From a virus (lineage: Duplodnaviria; Caudoviricetes), in IMG/VR virus record IMGVR_UViG_3300021400_000034, positions 32,001-96,000 of that record: a stretch of 64,000 nt of DNA. One strand, written 5' to 3'. Numbering within the stretch: the stretch's first letter is position 1; each line of letters begins with the position of its first letter. The translations under genes and the position numbers were made by a program. Of this stretch, positions 8,563 to 17,501 are shown piece by piece. Under the pieces are notes generated by a model. That model had not been told where the DNA came from. It did not search any database and saw only the letters and a program-made list of their open reading frames with translations.

Positions 8563-9027
8563 ATGAGCATACACGACCTGCTTGACAAGTCGAGAGGACC
8601 GCTTCCTGGAAGCGTCGCGAACAACCGCAAGTTCGTGATCAAATATATGCGCAATCACGGGTTCGAAGTCAAGGAAGACGCTCAGAGCGAATATCCCAAT
8701 AAGTACTTGTACTATCTGCGTGGTGAGTTCGTGGCGTGGTCATATGAGAACATCATGTATCTCCAGCCAGTTCTGCCATCGCTCGTCGATATGGGCATTC
8801 TGGCGCAGAGAAGAAAGACCGAGATACCGTTCGATCTGCCAGGCATCGAGGTCCACAATCGTCTGCAAGCTGCTGTGATGGAACTCAAGAACAGCGCATC
8901 GTCTTATGATGAGCTAGTCAAGAAGTCTAGAGTGCAGAAGGTACGAGAGTACTTCAAGTACAGGAATATCGCAAAGCAAGATGTAAGAGAGTACAACAGA
9001 CTCATGAAAGGGCTGATGAGGATATGA
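8563..9027 (+). CDS. paralog array member 6
   Basis: RNHGF, LPSLVD, KSRVQKVREYF. Confidence 0.8.
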   Translation: MSIHDLLDKSRGPLPGSVANNRKFVIKYMRNHGFEVKEDAQSEYPNKYLYYLRGEFVAWSYENIMYLQPVLPSLVDMGILAQRRKTEIPFDLPGIEVHNRLQAAVMELKNSASSYDELVKKSRVQKVREYFKYRNIAKQDVREYNRLMKGLMRI

Positions 9028-9377
9028 ATCGAGAAGAGACATTGAGAATCCTGAAGTGGCACGGCTTCGATGTAGATGGTCTTGACTTCATCTGGTACAA
9101 AAGCGACCGGATAGGAGAGCTCTCGGGAGCCTTGCTCATGCTAGTAGACTACATTCCTTCTGAGATCGATGCAGACTATCGAGCCGTCGACAAGACTATC
9201 ATAAACATAAACAACCATGACTCGATAGAACGCTTAGAGCATCAGGTCAACTTGATATACAACACACGTAGACGATGGGAAGAGCACTTGCGCAAGTCAC
9301 GCCTCCAGCGAATGCGCAAGTACTTCAAAAATAAGAGAATATCCGCTGAGTACTCACAGAAGGAGATGACTGTATGA
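9024..9377 (+). CDS. paralog array member 7
   Basis: MNREETLRILKWHGF, DRIGEL, DYIPSEID, KSRLQRMRKYF. Confidence 0.8.
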   Translation: MNREETLRILKWHGFDVDGLDFIWYKSDRIGELSGALLMLVDYIPSEIDADYRAVDKTIININNHDSIERLEHQVNLIYNTRRRWEEHLRKSRLQRMRKYFKNKRISAEYSQKEMTV

Positions 9378-9715
9378 CGCTGAACGAAGTATACGAGTAC
9401 CTGAAGATGAACGGCCTTCCAGTCACCTTCCACGACGACAATACGCGCATAAGGCTGGAGGGATCGACCGCAGCTCTCGAAAACATAGTGTTTCTCAAGG
9501 TTTACATGAACAATAATGACATGTCCTGCACTGTAGCTAACGAGCCTTTCGTCTTGCTCGTTGAAGCTACGTACCGAGATCTCGACAAGCTAGTCGATTC
9601 GTATATAGAGCACTGCGATCACGACAGAGCTAAGAGAATACGTGTGTCTAGACTGAGATACGCTGTAGATCTGCACCAGAGGCAGACAGTCTACAGGCAG
9701 ACACAGACCGTCTGA
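9374..9715 (+). CDS. paralog array member 8 (divergent)
   Basis: MTLNEVYEYLKMNGL, RIRVSRLRY. Confidence 0.7.
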   Translation: MTLNEVYEYLKMNGLPVTFHDDNTRIRLEGSTAALENIVFLKVYMNNNDMSCTVANEPFVLLVEATYRDLDKLVDSYIEHCDHDRAKRIRVSRLRYAVDLHQRQTVYRQTQTV

Positions 9716-10365
9716 CCCTCTGAGAAGAAGATGATCCTCCTCTATATCTACTCCTCCATACCCCTCATAGGAAGACCAGTATTGGCACCTTTCTAGACCC
9801 CTTTCTTGGCCATATAACCCGGCCTAAAACCGGCATATTTCCCGGGTCCCAGTAGAAACTCATCGCACTCTCGAAAAATTGTATTAAGGCATATAGGGTA
9901 TCTACCCCTCCTCTCTCCCTACCCCTCCCCATATCGCACCGACTCCCGCTCACTCACGCGTGAAGAAATTTCCCCAAAATTTTTTCGCAGAATCCGCAGG
10001 GTCACCGCACGGAATCCGAAGAACTCCTCTAACACCTCTAAACCCCTCTAACCCCTGCTAATGTTAGGTCGCGTGAAATTTTTTTCCAAAAAAATTTTTT
10101 CCAAAAATTTTGGAAGATGTTGAAGATGATGAAGATGCGCTGAATCTTAGATCGCGAAGAAATTTTTCCAAAAAATTTTTCAGAAAATTTTTGGGCGATT
10201 TTGTTCCATATAGCGCATTTCTCGTGAGATAGCGGAACAACTGTCGTCCCCGCTGATCTTGATAGAATGTAAACTTCTCGTTACAATGAGAAACCCAAAC
10301 CGACCCAGATGATGTTGATGATGAAGATGATGAAGATTGAAAATATTTCTTTACAACAATTCGGG
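9716..10365. repeat. non-coding island with A/T-tract repeats, C-rich tracts and GAT/GAA repeats (candidate origin or packaging site)
   Basis: Three cgcg(t)gaa..aattt..cc..aaaattttt units near 9957, 10070, 10153; cctctaa x3 near 10026-10051; no credible ORF. Confidence 0.6.
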
Positions 10366-10394
10366 TTTAGCTGTTCTGGAGGAAATTCTATATT
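10366..10394 (+). promoter_or_regulatory. sigma70-like early promoter
   Basis: TTTAGC-N17-TATATT. Confidence 0.7.
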
Positions 10395-10399
10395 CAATG

Positions 10400-10714
10400 A
10401 TGAACCTGAACGAGAGGCTAATAGTGAACATGGGAGACTTCGACACACTAGACGAGCTCGAGCGAGAGCCCACTGAGGAAGAGATCCGAGCAGATCGCGC
10501 TGCGAACGTTCGTGAGTACTTCAGGACCAAGAGGGACGGAGAGGAGTTCCGTCCGGTCTCCGAAGAGAGGAAGCGCTATGTCTTCACTGACACGTTCGAC
10601 GACTTCAAGGAGTTCACGTCGACGATCGAAGAGAAGTCTCAGGCAGTCGAAGAAGCTATCGATACCGTGGGCGCTACGATAGGATATCTCTTGACTAAGG
10701 ACTCTTTCATCTGA
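10400..10714 (+). CDS. paralog array member 9 (motif only)
   Basis: ADRAANVREYF; start placed after the promoter (10400 or 10430). Confidence 0.65.
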   Translation: MNLNERLIVNMGDFDTLDELEREPTEEEIRADRAANVREYFRTKRDGEEFRPVSEERKRYVFTDTFDDFKEFTSTIEEKSQAVEEAIDTVGATIGYLLTKDSFI

Positions 10715-10804
10715 CAGCTCTTCAATAGACGCGAAGAGAACAGGTCTAGGCATCAAAAAGTTCTATATATAAGTAAAAGCGAAACTGAATGGAGACTTTT
10801 ACTT

Positions 10805-11362
10805 ATGGCTGAAGAGAATTTGAGCTGTCCGCTGAGCATGGCGGAGCTGACTGTCGCTAACAAGACTATCGTAGAGCTGCACGACTGGTGCACCCAGAGA
10901 AACGAGAAGCCGTATCCGGACGCAGTCCTGTCGGTCGCTATCGCGATCAACTGCTATCTGCTGAGCGGTCCAGCGAACCAGATCAGGTCGTCTATCTTCA
11001 AGCGCGAGAGTCTCCCCGAGTGGAACGAGTGGCTCAAGGCTGAGCGCGGATGCGTAGAGAAGTGGGCCGACAGAGACAATCAGGGCGAGATCAAGAGAGA
11101 CGGAAAGGGACTTCCTGTCGTCAACGAGAACGCCGTCGAGTTCAACAAAGAGATCGAAGAGCTAGCGCACAGCGAGCAGTTCAAGACGATGTGGGACACC
11201 ATCGACGCTAAGGAAGAAGAGAACCGCAAGATCGAGCAGAGCGCTTCCGTCGTGAAGGTCTGCTGTCTCGACGCGTTCGATCACGCGCCACGAGACATGG
11301 TGCCCCGTCTGCTCTCCGTCCTGATGGGCAAGACCGTGATGAAGATCATGAAGGAAGCGTAG
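10805..11362 (+). CDS. hypothetical protein
   Basis: 185 aa ORF, RBS ggag. Confidence 0.75.
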   Translation: MAEENLSCPLSMAELTVANKTIVELHDWCTQRNEKPYPDAVLSVAIAINCYLLSGPANQIRSSIFKRESLPEWNEWLKAERGCVEKWADRDNQGEIKRDGKGLPVVNENAVEFNKEIEELAHSEQFKTMWDTIDAKEEENRKIEQSASVVKVCCLDAFDHAPRDMVPRLLSVLMGKTVMKIMKEA

Positions 11363-11364
11363 AA

Positions 11365-12126
11365 GTGTCTGGAGTGTTCGAGCAAGACTGGCTGTGCAGC
11401 ACCGTTCGTCCCTGTCCGCAGTACTGCGAGGCGGGAGCTCCGGGATCGCCGACTTCTTCTCCCGACCAAGCGATGTCGGCGAGAGTAGCGATCGAGGGCG
11501 TTGATCTCTACGGGCTGAAGATGGCCTACTATCCCGTCGACGAGAAAGACTATCGAGACGGCGCTACCGCTATCGATCCTCTATTCGGAGAGCACCAGCT
11601 GGAGACGATCGACCGGTGCTTCTGGTTCATGGGATACGTATCGCAGCTGCCTCCGAACGTCAGGACGTACCAGCTCCAGGGCATCTGGGGCGAAGACGTG
11701 GTCCAGCTGTACGTCGCGACTGAAGCTTTTCTGTACTTCAGCACCTACGGCGGAGCCGACCGGAACACTCCAGAGATCCACGACAAGATGCCGCCGCGCA
11801 TCGGAGACGTCGTCTACATTCCCAACAACGACACTCTGTACGAGATCGTCGACGTGAAGAACTGGGAAGAGGCGTTCGGCTTGAAGCCGCGATACAAGAC
11901 TATCACGATGCGCGTCTACAAGGACTCGAAGCGCACCGTCTCCGACGACCCGAGCATACCCGCAGACGACGTCATCCGTAAATATAGTCCGAGCGAGATA
12001 CCAGCAGACAGGCCGACGAACGACTCGCTCAAGCTGCCGATGAACAGAGCTGAAGACCTGCCAGAGAGAATTCCAGACGACACGAAGGTCGACTTGTTCG
12101 ACTGGGAGTGGAAGGAGAAGCGTTGA
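11365..12126 (+). CDS. neck protein, T4 gp14-like
   Basis: EGVDLYG..YYP...DPLFGE...PRIGDVVYIP...LYEIVDV. Confidence 0.75.
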   Translation: MSGVFEQDWLCSTVRPCPQYCEAGAPGSPTSSPDQAMSARVAIEGVDLYGLKMAYYPVDEKDYRDGATAIDPLFGEHQLETIDRCFWFMGYVSQLPPNVRTYQLQGIWGEDVVQLYVATEAFLYFSTYGGADRNTPEIHDKMPPRIGDVVYIPNNDTLYEIVDVKNWEEAFGLKPRYKTITMRVYKDSKRTVSDDPSIPADDVIRKYSPSEIPADRPTNDSLKLPMNRAEDLPERIPDDTKVDLFDWEWKEKR

Positions 12127-12668
12127 GAAGCCGATTCGACGAAGAAGATGATGACGGCGAAGTCCCAGATGACTGGGAAGGCGAGCCTTTCGAAGACGAA
12201 GAGGAAGAAGCCGCCTTCAAGTTCCGCGACTTGTGCGTGAAGCAGATCTCCCGCGACTTGGGAGAGCTGAGTACGCGTGAGCTGCTAGAGTTTCTCATCT
12301 GGGAGATGGAGCGTCTCCAGTACACCGAGAAGACAGAGCTATGTCTCATCGGGATAACCTTCGACAAGCAGTACATCCTCGAGTTCTACAACGTACGCGA
12401 AGACAAGACCGTGAAGACTGGAACGATGGCGGGAAACATATACAGCCTGATCGACGGCTGGATCTTGAAGACGCTCTCTGAGCTCTACATCGACGCGCTC
12501 TACAGCGACTTGCAGGACTTAGAGGCGACTGATCTCGTCGATCCGATACTCAACATCATGCTCGACATCGAGCAGTGGAAGCAAGAACAGGGCTTCGACG
12601 GCGAAGCCCCAGACGATGATAAAGATGAAGACGATCCAGAGATCATTCCGGGATCCGAACAGCCCTGA
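12108..12668 (+). CDS. acidic hypothetical protein
   Basis: 186 aa ORF with D/E-rich termini; start uncertain. Confidence 0.7.
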   Translation: MEGEALRSRFDEEDDDGEVPDDWEGEPFEDEEEEAAFKFRDLCVKQISRDLGELSTRELLEFLIWEMERLQYTEKTELCLIGITFDKQYILEFYNVREDKTVKTGTMAGNIYSLIDGWILKTLSELYIDALYSDLQDLEATDLVDPILNIMLDIEQWKQEQGFDGEAPDDDKDEDDPEIIPGSEQP

Positions 12669-13056
12669 GATAGTTCTCTGGCACGTTGTGCATGACCGTT
12701 CCTGCGGGAGTCTTCTTGTCTCCTTTCGTCACTTTGACGGTCCACAGCTGGACGTGATCGATCTCTAGACCCTTGTCGATGACTTGGTAGAGGCACTCGT
12801 CCTTAGGATCAAGAGCGTCTACGCACGTAGCGCCGACCTCCATTGTGGCGGTTTCCAGCGCTTGTACGGACGTCTTTTCTTTAACCTGTGCGGTTACACC
12901 AGCCTCAGCAGAATCGCTCTTAGACAGCGCTTTTGCAGTCTTTACGGCTTCCTCTAGCGGGTTCTTGACCCAGCCAGGCGTTCTCGGATTGGTCACGATC
13001 TTCTTGATGGCGTCTACGATGATCTTGAGCTGCTGCTTCTCGACTGAAGTTTCCAT
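12643..13056 (-). CDS. hypothetical protein
   Basis: True start probably METSVEK (RBS ggag, CATAAATA upstream on the minus strand). Confidence 0.7.
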   Translation of the reverse strand: METSVEKQQLKIIVDAIKKIVTNPRTPGWVKNPLEEAVKTAKALSKSDSAEAGVTAQVKEKTSVQALETATMEVGATCVDALDPKDECLYQVIDKGLEIDHVQLWTVKVTKGDKKTPAGTVMHNVPENYLRAVRIPE

Positions 13057-13143
13057 GTCTATCTCCAAGTTTTTGAGATTTCTCTCTTGAGAATCCTTGA
13101 TTGCACTTATATTTATGATGTACCCGCAACAAAGGAGACCGTG

Positions 13144-13335
13144 ATGATCAATGAACACAAGCCCGCCGGATTCGCTAGCTGGACCGCCTTCTACAACGAG
13201 AGTGAAGCGGCTGCAGATCGAAAGGCTAGCGTGCTCGGAGCGCTGAGGGCTGCAGTCATGATCGTCGGCGGATCTCTCTTCGTCATCGGCGCTCTCTGGG
13301 TCGGAGCTTTCCTCGACTTCGTCAGCGCCCACTAG
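13144..13335 (+). CDS. small membrane protein
   Basis: RBS aaggag, C-terminal hydrophobic helix. Confidence 0.6.
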   Translation: MINEHKPAGFASWTAFYNESEAAADRKASVLGALRAAVMIVGGSLFVIGALWVGAFLDFVSAH

Positions 13336-13388
13336 AGTCTCTGCCACGCCCGAGCGTCTAACCCCGTTGACGCGAAGGCAATCGCTCC

Positions 13389-13430
13389 GGAGAGACCGTC
13401 CTTTTAGAAGCATTTTGGGACGGTCTCTCC
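13389..13430. other. perfect 13-bp inverted repeat (hairpin)
   Basis: ggagagaccgtcc ... ggacggtctctcc. Confidence 0.7.
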
Positions 13431-13442
13431 ATCTGTGTTCAG

Positions 13443-13450
13443 TATAAATA
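13443..13450 (+). promoter_or_regulatory. T4-type late promoter
   Basis: TATAAATA. Confidence 0.75.
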
Positions 13451-13472
13451 AACTAGAACATCGGAGAAGAAG

Positions 13473-13811
13473 ATGGAGCAGCTAATTCTGAAAGGAATAG
13501 AGACCAATTCCCTAGGGCTCGTCATCAGCGCGATTCTGACGCTGACGCTCTACTACGTCATCAAGAACCAGCGGGAGAAGACTTCTGTCAAACGAGACAA
13601 GCAGAATCACGACGTGGAAGTGAAGATGGCGCTGCAGGACAAAGATATCGAGACGCTGAAAGAGCAAGTCGTTCAGCTGGCTGGTCGCTGGGACTTCATC
13701 CAAGATCTTCTGAGCAAGATCAACGAGAACCTCTCCGGAATCCGTGAGAAGATCTCTAATCTGGACGACAGAATCGACCGACTAGAGCGCTTGAAGGATC
13801 GCGAGCACTAA
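13473..13811 (+). CDS. membrane-anchored coiled-coil protein (holin-like candidate)
   Basis: One N-terminal TM helix, heptad C-terminus, late promoter. Confidence 0.5.
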   Translation: MEQLILKGIETNSLGLVISAILTLTLYYVIKNQREKTSVKRDKQNHDVEVKMALQDKDIETLKEQVVQLAGRWDFIQDLLSKINENLSGIREKISNLDDRIDRLERLKDREH

Positions 13812-13839
13812 AATAATGAAAAAATGATGTTCGCGACTG

Positions 13840-13868
13840 TTTAGAGACATCCGCATATATACTATATT
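13840..13868 (+). promoter_or_regulatory. sigma70-like early promoter
   Basis: TTTAGA-N17-TATATT. Confidence 0.7.
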
Positions 13869-13926
13869 CAATATTGGAAGTGGTTGAGCAAGCCACTCCT
13901 TAACAACTTGCGCCCTGGAGGCAACT

Positions 13927-14100
13927 ATGAGCAACATACAAGAACTTCTTGACCGAGATCTCACGGATCACGAGCGAGACGCCATAGTTATAGTGTACCA
14001 TCAGCAAGTCGTCGAATGGCTGTTGGACGCTATCGTGTACCCGCTCCTATACATAATCTCGCTATGGTGCGGATTCAACTTCGTGGACCGCTTCATTTGA
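13927..14100 (+). CDS. small membrane protein (57 aa, not in ORF track)
   Basis: RBS ggagg; MSNIQELLDRD...LLYIISLWCGFNFVDRFI. Confidence 0.65.
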   Translation: MSNIQELLDRDLTDHERDAIVIVYHQQVVEWLLDAIVYPLLYIISLWCGFNFVDRFI

Positions 14101-14137
14101 GAATTCGCGGAGAGAACTTATATTTTAGAGTACTAGT

Positions 14138-14998
14138 ATGACTAGAGACTTTGAAACATCAGAGATGAACGACTACCTCCGAGGGACTCTCAAAGACTGC
14201 CCTCCGATGTCACGTCGAGAGGAAGATGCGGTCATCGACATTATGCTCGACGAGACTAAGAGCCGAAAGGTTCGACTTCTCGCTCGAAACAAGCTCATCA
14301 GCTCTCACAGCCGATTAGCTTACAAGATCGCTATGGAGAAAGCCCGAGGCTGCGGCAGATCCGTAGCGGATCTATATCAAGCTGCACAGTTCGGAATGAT
14401 TCTCGCTACCTTGAAGTACGAGAAGAAGTACGGAGTCAGGTTCACTTCATTCGCTGTGTGGTGGATCCTGCAGCAGATCAACTGGGAGATCTACATCGCG
14501 AACGACGCAGTCCACGTTCCGAAGTACACTAAGGACAAGCTCAGAGACCTGCTGAAGAACAAAGGAAAGCTCGATCTGTCTCCGATCGAGATAAGAGAGT
14601 TCCAGATCTACGCTAACGCTCCAGTCGTCTCGATCGATCATCCGATCGCTGGATCCGAGTTCGGAGACCGTGAGGGAATGACTTACGCTGACACCATCGA
14701 AGCAGACTATCGTGAGATCGAGCGTGTATTCACGAAAGATGAAGACGAGAAGCTCGGCGAGATAATCAAGGGAGCTCTGAACGAGAATGACTTGAAGATA
14801 TTGAGAGACACTTACGTGAACGGCTACACTCAAGAAGAGATGGGCAACTTACTAGGTCTGTCTGGAGAGAGAATGCGCCAGAAGAAGAACAGGGCCGTCA
14901 TGAGGGCGCAGAGCGCACTGAGGAAGCTGATGAGGGAGAAAGACTTCATCTACACCAACAAGTGCGATGAGATGTGCGTAAAGGACATTCTGGAATGA
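14138..14998 (+). CDS. RNA polymerase sigma70-family factor
   Basis: RNKLI..H.RL, DLYQ..GM.A..KY..GVRFTSFAVWWI (region 2), TQEEMG..LGLSGERMRQ (region 4); TTTGAG-N17-TATATT upstream at 14096-14124. Confidence 0.9.
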   Translation: MTRDFETSEMNDYLRGTLKDCPPMSRREEDAVIDIMLDETKSRKVRLLARNKLISSHSRLAYKIAMEKARGCGRSVADLYQAAQFGMILATLKYEKKYGVRFTSFAVWWILQQINWEIYIANDAVHVPKYTKDKLRDLLKNKGKLDLSPIEIREFQIYANAPVVSIDHPIAGSEFGDREGMTYADTIEADYREIERVFTKDEDEKLGEIIKGALNENDLKILRDTYVNGYTQEEMGNLLGLSGERMRQKKNRAVMRAQSALRKLMREKDFIYTNKCDEMCVKDILE

Positions 14999-15300
14999 CG
15001 TTCAACTATGAATTAACAAAGAAGGCAAGAGGTACCGAGATGATGAAGATGTACGCAGTCGTCAGAAACTTCCTGGAAGACTACTTCAAGGGAGCACGCA
15101 ACGACAAGTTCTATCGTCCGTCATTCGCTGACAATCCTAGATCGCTGTGGTTCGGACTATCCGAGTCGGAGCGAGAATCCGTACTTGACATGGCCCGTCG
15201 CGGTGACAAAGCTTCGCTAGACCGCATGCTAAGCAAGATGGATGAAGAGGAAGATGAAAAAGACAAGGCAGCGAAAAGAGACGAGCTTTTCAAAATGTAG
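14995..15300 (+). CDS. hypothetical protein
   Basis: ATGA overlap with the sigma gene. Confidence 0.7.
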   Translation: MTFNYELTKKARGTEMMKMYAVVRNFLEDYFKGARNDKFYRPSFADNPRSLWFGLSESERESVLDMARRGDKASLDRMLSKMDEEEDEKDKAAKRDELFKM

Positions 15301-15321
15301 ATTTAGATCAAGGAGATCAGT

Positions 15322-15756
15322 ATGAAGTCTATCATACCAGACGGCGCTACGGAAACTCCCGTAGACACTAGCTGTCAAGAATACAAGAAGTTTAAGAGAG
15401 CCTACGCTGTTTACATCGTGGCTATGAGAGAATATAAGGCTTTGAAGGCTACGTTGAACACCTTGAAGTACAAGATCAAGATGAACACCAGCGGCCTCAA
15501 TCATCTCATGGGTCTTCATCGCAAGCTCATCGCTGCGAGAAACCTCTACTACACTTCTCGCGCTCGCATGAGCAGAGCTGCTATCGAGCTCTTCAAAGAC
15601 CAGTGCGTACAGAAGCAGAAGTTCTACATGACCAAGCGTCAGATCAAGAAGCTGTCCGACAAGCTCGGCAATTTCGTAGAGCAGAACAAAGAATTTCCAG
15701 ACACTAAAGTTATGTGCGTGAGCATCCGCTGCGACCACGAAGGAAGAGTGATATAA
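15322..15756 (+). CDS. basic hypothetical protein
   Basis: RBS aggag, 144 aa. Confidence 0.7.
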   Translation: MKSIIPDGATETPVDTSCQEYKKFKRAYAVYIVAMREYKALKATLNTLKYKIKMNTSGLNHLMGLHRKLIAARNLYYTSRARMSRAAIELFKDQCVQKQKFYMTKRQIKKLSDKLGNFVEQNKEFPDTKVMCVSIRCDHEGRVI

Positions 15757-16208
15757 TGGCTTGGTTTGCAAACAACACTGCAGAGATTGATCTGAAAGTC
15801 TTTGATGAAGCGTGCCGTCCGACGATCAGCGAGAAAGGAGACTGGATCGACCTTCGCTCGATGGAAGAAGTTCACATGAGCAAAGGCGAGTACCGTCTCA
15901 TTCCGCTAGGCGTCGCTATGAAGCTGCCGTACGGATTCGAGGCATACATCGCTCCTAGAAGCTCGACTTTCAAGAACTATGGACTTACCGAGACGAACTC
16001 TTTCGGCGTCATAGACAACAGCTATTGCGGCCCAAACGACATGTGGAAGCTTCCTGTTCTAGCGCATCGCGACAACGTGATCATTCACAAGGGCGACCGC
16101 ATCTGTCAGTTCCGCATTCAGGCTAAGATGCCTACCGTTCAATTCGCAGACTCTACGCTTGAAGATCAAGAAGATCGCGGCGGATTCGGAAGCACGGGGA
16201 GGAAGTGA
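15756..16208 (+). CDS. dut: dUTPase (trimeric)
   Basis: WIDL, PRSS, GVIDNSYCG, GDRICQ, RGGFGSTG. Confidence 0.92.
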   Translation: MAWFANNTAEIDLKVFDEACRPTISEKGDWIDLRSMEEVHMSKGEYRLIPLGVAMKLPYGFEAYIAPRSSTFKNYGLTETNSFGVIDNSYCGPNDMWKLPVLAHRDNVIIHKGDRICQFRIQAKMPTVQFADSTLEDQEDRGGFGSTGRK

Positions 16209-16453
16209 TGAACAATGAACAGTGCAAAGAAGCCTTGTTCGAAGTGATGGCTAGACTTAATGACTTGGAGAGAGAGAATACCACTCTTCTTCAGATGAAC
16301 AGCGCACTCAATGAGAAGTGCATAGAGAAAGATCAAGAGATCGAAAAGCTTAGAGAGGAATTAGGAGAATGTCAGACCGAATTGCTGAAGATGAAACGTT
16401 CAATGGAGTTTGTGGACCAGAGGGACTTGAAGGAATTTGGGTTGAAGTCCTGA
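16205..16453 (+). CDS. coiled-coil hypothetical protein
   Basis: 82 aa, heptad pattern. Confidence 0.6.
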   Translation: MMNNEQCKEALFEVMARLNDLERENTTLLQMNSALNEKCIEKDQEIEKLREELGECQTELLKMKRSMEFVDQRDLKEFGLKS

Positions 16454-17007
16454 AGTGGCCGACATCCGTCGACTGGCAGTGGGTCAAGTTCTTGGCCAAG
16501 AACACAGTAGGAGAAGACTATGACATGGAGACTGAGATGACGCCTCAGCTGAAGTGCAAGTACCTTCGTTCTGAGCACTCTCCTATCCGCTATCTCCAGT
16601 TCGTCATCCGCATGCACATCCCTTACTGCGACTCGGTCGCTTTCTGTCGCCACAAGCTCGGCGTCGAGCACTTCGTCCAGTCGCAGAGGAACGATCGTCA
16701 AGACAAGTATGACCGCTATCAGGAGCCTCAGGGCCACTACGTCAAGCACATCATGCTGATCAATGCTCAGGAGCTCATGTTCATGGCTCGCAAGAGATTG
16801 TGCCGCATGGCTTCTCCGAACTGCCGCAGAATCATGGAGATGATCAAGACCGCAGTCACTAGCCGTTGTCCGGAGTTCGAAGAGTTCTTGGTTCCGAACT
16901 GCGAGTACCTTCACAAGTGTCCGGAATTCAAGTCATGCGGGTACTGGAAGGTTCAATCCGACCTGAGAGGCCTGAGAGAAGATCCAGACGTAGAGATCGT
17001 AGAATAA
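16369..17007 (+). CDS. thyX: FAD-dependent thymidylate synthase ThyX-like
   Basis: EHSPIR, RHK..HFVQSQRNDR, NAQEL..ARKRLC, CPEFKSCG. Confidence 0.8.
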   Translation: MSDRIAEDETFNGVCGPEGLEGIWVEVLKWPTSVDWQWVKFLAKNTVGEDYDMETEMTPQLKCKYLRSEHSPIRYLQFVIRMHIPYCDSVAFCRHKLGVEHFVQSQRNDRQDKYDRYQEPQGHYVKHIMLINAQELMFMARKRLCRMASPNCRRIMEMIKTAVTSRCPEFEEFLVPNCEYLHKCPEFKSCGYWKVQSDLRGLREDPDVEIVE

Positions 17008-17016
17008 ATAGTCTGT

Positions 17017-17475
17017 ATGACTACACTATTCACAATCCTGGGAGTAGCTTCTGCATTAGCTTTCGGCTTATGCAATCTCCCACAGATTCTTAGAGCAAGA
17101 AAGAGGAAGAGTACAGGTGACATAAGTCTATTGTTCATTCTATTGTCCCTTCTCGGTAACCTATGTGCTGCTTCTTACATCATCTACTCGAACATACAGG
17201 CTGACTTCTATCAGTGGCCTCAGTACCTGAACTATGCTATAGCGACGACCCTCGTCATCACTTTGCTGGTTCTGAAGCTCAAGAACGACGGCAAAGAGAT
17301 CAAAGAAGATATAGCTGAGTGGTGGGAGAACTTGAAGTACAAGATGTACCAGAAGATGATTGAGCGAGACCTGCACCGTGAAGAGAGAAATGGAGAGTTT
17401 TTCGAGATGGCTGGATTCGTTCTACTAGTCGTCGTCCTGTCATACCTCTTCTACAAGATGCTTACCACCGTATAA
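17017..17475 (+). CDS. PQ-loop / SemiSWEET-like membrane protein
   Basis: LPQILRARKRKSTGDISL, three TM helices plus an extra C-terminal TM. Confidence 0.75.
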   Translation: MTTLFTILGVASALAFGLCNLPQILRARKRKSTGDISLLFILLSLLGNLCAASYIIYSNIQADFYQWPQYLNYAIATTLVITLLVLKLKNDGKEIKEDIAEWWENLKYKMYQKMIERDLHREERNGEFFEMAGFVLLVVVLSYLFYKMLTTV

Positions 17476-17478
17476 ATA
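17471..17478 (+). promoter_or_regulatory. T4-type late promoter
   Basis: TATAAATA upstream of the M15 peptidase. Confidence 0.75.
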
Positions 17479-17501
17479 AACAGATATAATGGTGGTTTAC
17501 A

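Noticed and set aside
9716-10365. CRISPR array
   Set aside because: Repeats are degenerate, low-complexity and irregularly spaced, with no constant repeat-spacer period
13057-13413. N-terminal extensions in the ORF track (12643..13413, 39827..40906, 30765, 32595, 10337)
   Set aside because: They overlap promoters or opposite-strand genes; downstream starts have better RBS and coupling
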